In this document: positions 11,192-20,000 of the stretch, one piece after another
Layout: every line of letters starts with the position of its first letter
How positions within the stretch are numbered: the stretch's first letter is position 1
DNA from: Welwitschia mirabilis
Lineage: Eukaryota
Assembly (NCBI GenBank): GCA_051453625.1
Contig: JBOZIK010000001.1
Span: 49,450,528-49,470,527, forward strand
Length of the DNA stretch: 20,000 nucleotides
Reading direction: 5' to 3'
Notes under the pieces: model-generated
What the model saw: only the letters and a program-made list of their open reading frames with translations
Databases searched by the model: none
Told to the model about the DNA's origin: nothing
Translations under genes and position numbers: made by a program

Positions 11192-12347
11192 TATAGGATC
11201 TAGAAACCTGATGGGGTGAATAGGATTTATAATTAAATATTACCCGCTAGAAAATTCACCAAAAATATTTGAGCATTCTAATTAATGGGCTAAGCTATTA
11301 TTAAATCAAATGAAGGAACATGGAAATAACTAAAAATAGAAAATACCAAAGAAGATCACCAGACACAAGTTTATAGTGGTTCGAGAACCCCCCCTACTCC
11401 ACTTTCGATAGTCAGCTTCAACCCTAAGCTGATTTGGATCCTTGCTGCTCTCTTTCCAGGTTTTTCAAGTCAACCTATAACCTTTACAAATGGACTTTTT
11501 GAAGCTAACTCTCAAGCTTTACAAAGCAAAGCTTTTGGTGACAATAGTGTGCTAGAATGCATTGACTCTACTAGATCTAAAGTATAACAAAGTAAAAAAT
11601 ACATTGTCTGAAAGTAAGTTCACGAGTCCACGTACATACAGTACAGTCTGTTTGGCCAAGATCTCAATAATCCAAAAGAGTGCTTTTTCCTTTTGATCTG
11701 TCAAAAAGCCGTATGGAGATTTTGATTCATATGTCTTATATAGAAGACGGATTTTAGGGTTTACAAATGAATCTGATACCCCAACGATTAAAAATAAGGA
11801 GACAATAGCTAAAAATAGGCTAGAAAGCTTTGTTTTTGCCACAACCGGTTGACCCCTCGAAGCATCCGGTCGTCCCCATTGACTGCCGTCACTAAAGTCG
11901 GTCGACCCCATTTTCTTTCAGTCGACCTGAGTTCTTTACGTCACCTAGTCCGGTCGACCCTATTTAAAATCTTGTTGATCACATATGGTCCAGGTTCAGT
12001 TGACCCCCTTTTTGATTCGATCAACCCCTTATCAACTTGATATGAAACATTTTTAGCAAAAGGTCCGGTCAACCCCCCTGAAATCCAGTTGACCCTCGAT
12101 AAATTGATTTGACAATTTTTGGCATAGGTTTGGTCGGTCCCTCTGGGATTCGGTCGACCCCTTGATAAATTGATCAAATAAATTTTGCTACAGGTCTAGT
12201 CAACCCCTCTGGGATTTGGTCGATCCCTTATTTGTTTTGTCACTTGTTAGGTTCATGCAAAGACTATTATTTTTTACAATAATTGCAACATATTTTGCTG
12301 TAGCAAATATGTTAGTTTGACATCAACTTAGCAAATATACCTTAACA
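11192..12347 (-). repeat. 3' LTR of the minus-strand Sirevirus-like element
   Basis: Starts TGTTAAGG (minus) at 12347, directly after the PPT caaagggggatat. Ends ...ctattcaccccatcagg...gatcctaTA (decayed CA) at 11192. TATA-like ctatataag at ~11735-11743 (minus). Confidence 0.82.
11845..12230. repeat. Array of palindromic GGTCGACC-core repeat motifs in the LTR U3
   Basis: More than ten copies and variants: ccggttgaccc, cggtcgacccc, ccggtcgaccc, ccggtcaaccc, ccagttgaccc, tcggtcgacccc, ttggtcgatccc. Many variants are CpG transitions. Confidence 0.88.
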
Positions 12348-12730
12348 ATATCCCCCTTTGACATTGATGGCAAACTATACTTGATTATATATAACAACTT
12401 GTCAAGCTTATCACGAAAACTCTCCCTCACAATACGCCCATAATAAAAGTGTGAAATATTACTGACCAGAATAACAACATGTTTATTTAAAACAAGCATT
12501 CATAATGATTTTGCAAAGATAAACAGTTAATCAAGATTTTGAAGGCATAGTCTATAAGGAATATGTCATTCATTAGTAAGTAGTATAACTGATATAAACA
12601 TTCATTACTATTAACCAAACTTAAGTAGTACAACTGATAGACGATCATGCTAAAAAGAAACGTCTGACGTAGACTAATTTTATAGACAGTTTTTGCTCCC
12701 CCTTTCGACATTAATAGCAAAGGAGAGAAA
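12348..12730 (-). promoter_or_regulatory. Multiple polypurine-tract region
   Basis: Minus strand: caaagggggatat (12348-12360, next to the LTR), gtgagggagag (~12420-12430) and gaaagggggagc (~12695-12706), the last flanked by an inverted arm aaaggagag (~12719-12727). Confidence 0.8.
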
Positions 12731-12778
12731 ACAATAGCCAGAAAAACAACAATACCAATAACAATAACCACAAGAAGA

Positions 12779-13986
12779 CTAGCCTGATTCTTCGTCTTCC
12801 TCTTCCCCATATTCTTTTTTAGAATCTGGGTCTTCTTCTTCGTCTTCTTTTGCCACCTTTTGCTAAGAGCTATCGGCTTCCTCAGAAGTGTTTGCAATTT
12901 CGTAGCTTACTACAACGAGTGCCTCCTTTATGTAATGAGTGCACAAATCTAGCCTTTCATGGTACGAAAGAGTCTCTTCAGGGGAGGCCTACTTCTGAGA
13001 AGGAAATTTAGAAGATTTCTTAGAGCCAGAGAAAATGTGCATTTCGGATAGAGTAGCACACTCAATGGAAGACACGGGAGTTAAGGTTTTAAGTTTGGGG
13101 TTCATTTAGACCCTAAAGTGAAAAGAGATATTTGCAATCAGGACAGAGTAAGGAAGAGCCCAAGTCTTGTGGTATTCTAACTAAGAGATCATGTTCTTAA
13201 GAATGATGGCAGAAGCATTAATGGAGTGATGAGTTCCCACCAAATACAAAAGATAAGCACAATAATTTGAGGTCTGGCCAGCAAGAGGTAAAATATTTAT
13301 AGATGAAAACTAGATGAAGAAAGTGATATTTGGGAATAAGATGGGAGGTGGAAGGGGTAGGTTTCCACCAAATGAGTTTCCCATAGAGCTCCTTGGTGAT
13401 TTCCGCCTTGTCATCCATCGAGTCACGCAAGGGCCAGAACTCCTCATAATCTCCTCTAAGAACNNNNNNNNNNAGGCTATCAGATCTGAGGTAACTCTTA
13501 TTCTTTTCTCCAAAACAAATGTCGAAAGGGTAGAGGAATCTACATCATAAGAAGCATTACAATAAAACATGTAAGTAAGAAAAGGGTATACGAGCCCAGA
13601 AACCTCAAGGAAATAAGAGAGATCTAGGTCATTAAGCAATCTTACCACATCCCTGAGTTCTCTAAGTGCCCCTGAAGCTACTGGCCTCTCCTAACAGATA
13701 AGCTTCTTTTCAAACTTCTCAGTAAACTTGTCCAAGGCTTCATCTGACATTCCTAAGTAGAAGTAGCATAGATCCTTACCTGCAGCCTCATTTTTATCTT
13801 GCTCTTCTTGAAGGTCCTTCTACCATGGAGACACGTGGCACTTGCTGAAGACCAAGGGAGGAGGAAGGAAACTGACAAGATCTGAAACAAATAGGGTGAC
13901 AGGTGGAAATGAAGTAGGTAGGGTTCCAAAAAGATTTTATAAGGGAGGTGAAATAAGCTGAATCTGAGGAAAAAATCGGGTCCATT
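12779..13986 (-). pseudogene. Disrupted env-like extra ORF of the Sirevirus-like element
   Basis: Located between the pol stop and the PPTs. Fragments: MVEGPSRRAR..., LLNDLDLSYFLEVSGLVYPFLTYMFYCNA...FVLEKRIRVTSDLIA, INASAIILKNMI...WALPYSVLIANISFHF, and acidic tail KEDEEEDPDSKKEYGEEEDEESG*. The start (13986 or ~13826) is uncertain. Confidence 0.75.
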
Positions 13987-14223
13987 GCCTTTCTTCTACT
14001 CCAAACCCGACAGGTCCAATTGACGGGTTTATGGTTCGGTAAACCTGTCGAGATGCAGGCCAAAAAATGTTCCAAATCTGATCGACCAGGACTTCAATCT
14101 AGCCAACTTGACTAATTCCAATTTTACCTGGGAAAAGTCTAGACGATCTGGTTAAATTTCGGTCGACCCAACTTCTCCAAGGTTTGGTTTACCGAATTAT
14201 AAATCCAGTCGACCACCTTACTT

Positions 14224-15059
14224 TCAGTCTGAGGACGAAGAAACAAACCTTAATTTGCGACAAAGACTCAAAAGATTATCCAAGGTTAGGGGTTTCATAA
14301 AAATATCCGCTAGTTGTTTATCAATGCTTACAAAATTCATGGAAACGTTACATTTTTCTACTTGATCTCTAAGAAAATGATGTCTAAGTTAAATATCTTT
14401 AGATTGAGAATGTTGAACAGGGTTTTTGGGATATTACACCTATATTATCACAAAAACTTGATACCTGACTATAGTTAACTCCAAAGTCTTTAAGCATTTC
14501 TTTTATCCATAAAAGATGGGTACACCAACATCCTACCCCTATGTATTCTGCCTCTATTGTGGAAAGAGAAATAGAATTTTGCTTTCTATTTGCGCATCCT
14601 ACCAAGCATAATCCTAGAAGGAAACAATTTCCACTGGTGTTTTTATGATCATCTTTGCAACCAGCCCAATCTGCATCACTAAAACCTGTAAGCTCAAAAA
14701 AAGTTTATGTGGCGTACCATAGCCCATAGTCACCTGTGCCTTTAATATACCTTATAATTCTTTTGACAACTTGAAGGTGTGATTCCTTTGGTTTAATTTG
14801 ATATCTTGCACACACAGCAATACTAATCATTATGTTAGGCATATTAGCAGTTAAATATCATAGGCTTCCTATCATGCTCCTATAAAGTTTTTGATCCACT
14901 AATTTACGATGATCATCAAGGCTGACTTTATGTGAAGTCGATATAGAAGTGCTAGTTGATTTTGCATTTACAATCCCAAATCGCTTAATTTACTCCTTTG
15001 AGTAGTTTGATTGAGAGTTGAAAATACCTTGTTTTGTTTTTTTAATTTGTAGACCAAAA
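14224..15059 (-). pseudogene. Copia RT C-terminus and RNase H
   Basis: FGLQIKK...GIFNSQ, YRSMIGSL, GFSDADWAGCKDDHKNTSG, KQNSISLSTIEAEYIG, FCDN, LADIFMKPL. The homology stops abruptly at 15059. Confidence 0.92.
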
Positions 15060-16051
15060 TGTTGAGTAAGGGTCCATTTCAATGATGAACAATAGAACCC
15101 ATCCCAAAACTCAGTTTCAGTTCAAGAACATGACATGNNNNNNNNNNNNNNNNNNNNNNNNNNNNNNNNCTTAAGGATCATCCATCATTTTATCTAGAAC
15201 GCCCAAACCTGAGTGCAACTAAATGTACTGGGACATCCAGTCTCTTATCCCTATGTTGTCTTTTATACTAGGACGTCTGACCTCTCAATCTGGGATGTCC
15301 GGGCCTGTAATTTGTTTTTTGTATGGGGAAGTCCGAGCATCTTATCTGGGATGTTCGACCCCTGTCTCAGTTTTCTGTCAAAGAATATATAAAAAATGGG
15401 ATGCTCGGTAATTTATCTTGGGATGTTTGGCCAACTATCTGTTGACGCACAGAAATAACTTAAGATGACCATTATGCACTCTATTCAAGGCGCAAACAGC
15501 TAAGGAAGGGAATGCAATGGCACTCTATTCTATGCAAGGCGCCTTTAGGATTTTTGTTTAATGAAAAACTATATAAGTTCAAATCTAAGAGGTTTGTAAA
15601 GCTACTAAACTGTGAAAATCATAAGATGTATATACTTGAATTAGAATTCCTGTGTGAATTGCACCTGATCTAAACTCTTATATTCTTCCTTCTCTGATTA
15701 TACTCCTTGTTGATGAATCAAAGCTCATAGCCTCATACATCATCAGATTTCTTCAATGCATTTTTGGATTGCTCAAAGAGGAGCAAGCTTTGTAATTGTA
15801 GCCCTAGCAAAGGGTGATTGTGCTATTGCACCTTGTTGATTAAAGGAACCAAAAGGCTGAAGGCTTGTGTTGCCTCTTGTGAGTGGAGTAGGCTTAGAGA
15901 GCCAAATCACTATAAATCAATGGTCTCTTTTTGCGTCATCTTTAATTTCTGGTTATCGTAATTGTTTGATCTATTCAAATTATCTTCATTCTTAGTCAAA
16001 TTTTAAAAACCCTATTCATGCCCTTTCTAAGGTGTTTTTGCAATCCTAACA
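15060..16051 (+). repeat. 5' LTR of the nested element (contains a 32-N gap)
   Basis: TGTTGAG...tcctaaCA; C-rich end signal ctattcatgccctttctaagg (~16012-16032); TATA-like ctatataag (~15569); GGACGTCC-like repeats at ~15195-15435. Confidence 0.82.
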
Positions 16052-16053
16052 AT

Positions 16054-16066
16054 TGGTGTCAGAGCC
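16054..16066 (+). promoter_or_regulatory. Primer binding site (tRNA-iMet)
   Basis: tggtgtcagagcc has one mismatch to TGGTATCAGAGCC and lies 2 nt after the LTR CA. Confidence 0.9.
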
Positions 16067-16119
16067 TGGTTGCTCTAGATTAGGGTTTCTTTGTCTATTA
16101 TTGTGTGATTACAAATCAA

Positions 16120-17544
16120 ATGGCTTCTTCAAACTTTTCAGAAGGTCAATATATCTCCAAACCACCGTTGTTCTCAGGATCTAACTATGCCTATTGGAAA
16201 ACCAAGATGACAATCTTTTTACAATCCCTGGATTGTGAGATTTGGGAAACTATTGAAGTAGGCTATGTTGTTCCTATGAGAGTGGTTGGTAGTAAGACCA
16301 TTTTAAGGCCAAGAAATGCATGGAATCAGGACGACAAACGGGCTGCTTAAATGAATGCTAAGGCTATGAACGCCTTGATATGTGCCTTATCCTCAAAAGG
16401 ATACAACAGGGTGGTTCAATGCATAACAGCTCAAGAAATATGGGAGACCTTAAGAGTTGGTCATAAAGGGATAAATGTTGTGAAAAATGCCAAACTACAA
16501 ATGCGAGCAACTCAGTTTGAAAACATAAAGATGAAAGATTCAAAAATAGTAGCAGAATACACTTCAAAGATAAATGACATCATGAATGGCATGTGGGGGC
16601 TAAGCGAAGCTGTACCTCAGAATCGAGTTGTAAGAAAAATTCTTAGAAGTCTCACAAAGAAATTCAGACCCAAGATCACTGCCATTGAGGAGAGTAAAGT
16701 TATTAATCTCATCAAAGTTGAAGAACTGAAAGGTTCACTCATGGCATATAAGGCCTTTCTACAGACAGAAGAGAATCCTCCAAAATGAAAAAACATAGCT
16801 TTTAAAGTTGAATCAGATGCGGATGAAGACTCTCAATCAAGTGAGGATCTTAAAGATGATGATTTAGCTCTCTTAGCAAAAAACTTCAAGAGGTTTCTCA
16901 AGAAGAAGGAAGGAAGATCTTCTCGGCAACCCTTCGAAAGAGGTATGGACAAAGGTTAGAATTCTTCTAATTCAATACAATGTTATGAATGCAAAGGATT
17001 TAGTCACATTGCTTCAGAATGCGCAAACAAACAGAGGACAAGTCCTCCAAATCAAAAGTGAAGAAAGCCCTGAAAGTTAGATGGGATGAAGATGATGCTA
17101 GTTCTCCTTCAAGCGATGAAGAGGGCTGCATTAATTTTGGTCTTATCTCCTTAGCCGAAGACGTAAGTAATTTTGTTAATTTAGACTCATCAATTGATTT
17201 ATCCGAGGTATGTGATTATGAAAGTGATGATGATAATAATGATGATTTATCTAACACCAATGAGAAGTTATATCATGTTAGTCTAGACCCTAGAAAGAAA
17301 AAGTTTTATCTTAAAAACCAGGTGGGTGATCTAGAAGGGAAACTAAAAGAGGCTTCCTAAAGATAGAATCTCTTCAGAAAGATCTAGCCCACGCACAAGG
17401 AACAGCTAAACGTCTTGCTAATGGGAAGGAGAATCTAGATCGTCTACTAGGATTGGGAAGGAGACCAAATGACAAATCAGGTATTGGATCAACTTTTAGT
17501 ATGTTGCCTCCAAAAGTTTTTCTGTTCGAGTGTTAAATATCGCT
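16120..17544 (+). pseudogene. Copia (SIRE-like) gag with CCHC zinc knuckle, disrupted
   Basis: MASSNFSEGQYISKPPLFSGSNYAYWKTKM...; in-frame stops at 16348-16350 and 16786-16788; VRKILRSLTKKFRPKITAIEESK; CYECKGFSHIASEC (16981-17022); frameshift near 17030. Confidence 0.92.
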
Positions 17545-18519
17545 NNNNNNNNNNNNNNNNNNNNNNNNNNNNNNNNNNNNNNNNNNNNNNNNNNNNNNNN
17601 NNNNNNNNNNNNNNNNNNNNNNNNNNNNNNNNNNNNNNNNNNNNNNNNNNNNNNNNNNNNNNNNNNNNNNNNNNNNNNNNNNNNNNNNNNNNNNNNNNNN
17701 NNNNNNNNNNNNNNNNNNNNNNNNNNNNNNNNNNNNNNNNNNNNNNNNNNNNNNNNNNNNNNNNNNNNNNNNNNNNNNNNNNNNNNNNNNNNNNNNNNNN
17801 NNNNNNNNNNNNNNNNNNNNNNNNNNNNNNNNNNNNNNNNNNNNNNNNNNNNNNNNNNNNNNNNNNNNNNNNNNNNNNNNNNNNNNNNNNNNNNNNNNNN
17901 NNNNNNNNNNNNNNNNNNNNNNNNNNNNNNNNNNNNNNNNNNNNNNNNNNNNNNNNNNNNNNNNNNNNNNNNNNNNNNNNNNNNNNNNNNNNNNNNNNNN
18001 NNNNNNNNNNNNNNNNNNNNNNNNNNNNNNNNNNNNNNNNNNNNNNNNNNNNNNNNNNNNNNNNNNNNNNNNNNNNNNNNNNNNNNNNNNNNNNNNNNNN
18101 NNNNNNNNNNNNNNNNNNNNNNNNNNNNNNNNNNNNNNNNNNNNNNNNNNNNNNNNNNNNNNNNNNNNNNNNNNNNNNNNNNNNNNNNNNNNNNNNNNNN
18201 NNNNNNNNNNNNNNNNNNNNNNNNNNNNNNNNNNNNNNNNNNNNNNNNNNNNNNNNNNNNNNNNNNNNNNNNNNNNNNNNNNNNNNNNNNNNNNNNNNNN
18301 NNNNNNNNNNNNNNNNNNNNNNNNNNNNNNNNNNNNNNNNNNNNNNNNNNNNNNNNNNNNNNNNNNNNNNNNNNNNNNNNNNNNNNNNNNNNNNNNNNNN
18401 NNNNNNNNNNNNNNNNNNNNNNNNNNNNNNNNNNNNNNNNNNNNNNNNNNNNNNNNNNNNNNNNNNNNNNNNNNNNNNNNNNNNNNNNNNNNNNNNNNNN
18501 NNNNNNNNNNNNNNNNNNN
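17545..18519. other. Assembly gap (975 N)
   Basis: Run of N. Other gaps lie at 13464-13473, 15138-15169 and 18785-18884. Confidence 1.
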
Positions 18520-18784
18520 ACCTTCAAAATCAGAAAGGGTACACCATTAAGCAAATTAGATCTGATCATGGTGATGAATTTGATAAAAGGTTTGAAAAGT
18601 TTTGTGATGCAAATGGAATACAACATCAGTTTTCAGCACCAAGAACTCCTCAACAAAATAACGAAAGAACAGAGTGCTTCTCAATATGGCCTGAACCATG
18701 CTTAACAAATTTGACTTGCCTCATCATTATTGGGCTGAAGCTATCAACACTGCATACTACGTAAGTAACAGAGTCTTCCTAAGA
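18520..18784 (+). pseudogene. Copia integrase core fragment
   Basis: IKQIRSDHGDEF...GIQHQFSAPRTPQQN, then MLNKFDLPHHYWAEAINTAYYVSNRVFLR. Confidence 0.92.
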
Positions 18785-18884
18785 NNNNNNNNNNNNNNNN
18801 NNNNNNNNNNNNNNNNNNNNNNNNNNNNNNNNNNNNNNNNNNNNNNNNNNNNNNNNNNNNNNNNNNNNNNNNNNNNNNNNNNNN

Positions 18885-20000
18885 TGAAGTCATCTATTTG
18901 CACATTTGTGGATTCTTCCACTGTTAGACTTCATCTGTTGAAGATCTGATAAGCTCTACTTCTAGTTATTACTTCATCAACCTTAGACTCAAATTTACTC
19001 AAATGTTCTCTATCTTTTAGGACAAAACATTTACTTCTAAAGACCTTAAAATATGATACATTTGCTTTCTTCCTTTCCAAAGCTCATAGGCAGTTTTATC
19101 CATACCCAATCTTAGAGAAACTTTGTTGATAATGTAACATGCAGTACTAACTGTTTCAGCCCAAAATGTTTTAGGTACTTCCTTATTATTTAGCATTGTT
19201 CTTGTCATCTCTTTAAGGACCCAGTTTTCCTTTTCTGCAATTCCGTTTTGTTGTGGAGTATTTGGAGTCGAAAACTATGTTCTATACCATTGTCCACACA
19301 ATATTTCTCAAAAAGATGATTCTCAAATTCCCCTCCATGACCACTTGTAATTTGTTTACTAGTGTCTTCCTTCTCATTTTGGACTTTGTTACAAATTTTA
19401 ACACAACCTTTGAAGGTTTTAGCCTTATTTTCTAAGAAGGCAATCCAATTGAATCTAGAGAAGTCATCCATCATAGTCAAAAAATATCGTTTTTCTCCTA
19501 GACTCTTGATTTGGATAGGTCCCACTAAGTCTATGTAAATGAGTTCGAATGACATTGTTGAGGAAACCAAGTTTTTACTATTATGGGAAGTTCTAATCTG
19601 TTTTCCTTTTTAATATGCATCACACAACCCACGTTTATCAATATTGATTTTAGGAATTCCTTTCACAATTTCCTTTTAATGATGGTTTTAAGATGGTCAT
19701 AGTTTATGTGTCCTAATCGTTGATGCCATAACTCTTCTTCGTTTATATGGGAAAAATGACACATAGAAGAAGGTTGATCAATACTATAAACATTGTCTAT
19801 TCTATTTGCTATAAGAAGAACTTCCTTTGTTCTACCATCTCTAACTTTATATTTTTTACTATTAAAAATAACTTTATGACCTTTATCACAAATCTGACTA
19901 ATACTAAGCAAATTATGTTCAAGATCATTCACATATAAAACTTTATTAATTTTAGGCATGTTATCTTTATCGATGCTTCTAATGCCTTCAATTTCAGCTT
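18885..20000 (-). pseudogene. Copia pol fragment: protease end, GAG-pre-integrase, integrase core; runs off the window
   Basis: VLYVNDLEHNLLSISQICDKG, LWHQRLGHINY, ELIYIDLVGP, DDFSRFNW, HGGEFEN, FWAETVSTACYIINKV, KTAYELWKGRK, SKFESKVDE. Frameshifted. Confidence 0.92.

Larger units (their letters stand above)
11192..15059 (-). mobile_element. Sirevirus (SIRE/Maximus)-like Ty1/copia, 3' half: RT-RNaseH, env-like ORF, multiple PPTs, 3' LTR
   Basis: RT/RH motifs on the minus strand, an extra ORF downstream of pol, several AAAGGGGGA-type PPTs, and a long LTR with palindromic repeats and a C-rich CTATTCACCCC end signal. Confidence 0.88.
15060..18784 (+). mobile_element. Second Sirevirus-like Ty1/copia, nested in opposite orientation; 3' part not seen (gap)
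   Basis: An LTR begins TGTTGAG exactly where the host RT homology stops, followed by PBS, gag with zinc knuckle, and an integrase fragment. Confidence 0.85.

Noticed and set aside
11552..12177. ORFs of 119, 63 and 78 aa, one with a hydrophobic stretch
   Set aside because: They lie inside the LTR and its repeat array and show no recognisable domain; probably chance ORFs.
11845..12230. Possible CRISPR-like array
   Set aside because: The repeat core is only ~8-12 bp with irregular, mutually similar spacers, there are no cas genes, and the context is a eukaryotic LTR.
12487..12897. 136-aa Lys-rich, transmembrane-like ORF suggestive of an envelope protein
   Set aside because: The Lys-rich part is an alternative frame of the acidic tail of the env-like ORF, and the hydrophobic part comes from a T/G-rich low-complexity 3' UTR crossing a PPT. 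Not supported without evidence of conservation.
17469..18764. Long ORFs of 431, 376 and 391 aa
   Set aside because: They are artefacts of reading through the 975-N gap.

Overview
AT-rich plant intergenic DNA made almost entirely of decayed, nested retrotransposons. I see no host gene, RNA gene, CRISPR array or intact protein-coding ORF. (1) A very degenerate minus-strand LINE ORF2 (APE endonuclease, RT, C-terminal zinc-knuckle remnant) spans ~1187-9380. Its motifs look RTEX/L2-like rather than typical plant L1, and the ORF track does not show it. (2) It is split by a full-length but pseudogenised Tnt1/Tork-like Ty1/copia element (1995-7060) with both LTRs, PBS, PPT and a CTTTC target-site duplication. 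(3) A minus-strand Sirevirus-like copia has its 3' LTR at 11192-12347, multiple PPTs, an env-like extra ORF and RT-RNaseH up to 15059; it probably continues as PR/INT at 18885-20000. (4) A plus-strand Sirevirus-like copia (5' LTR 15060-16051, PBS, gag, partial integrase) is inserted into the RT of element 3. Assembly gaps (13464-13473, 15138-15169, 17545-18519, 18785-18884) limit reconstruction. All translations and alignments were done by eye. I found no evidence of a wholly new biological system; the most interesting item is the cryptic, atypical-clade LINE.
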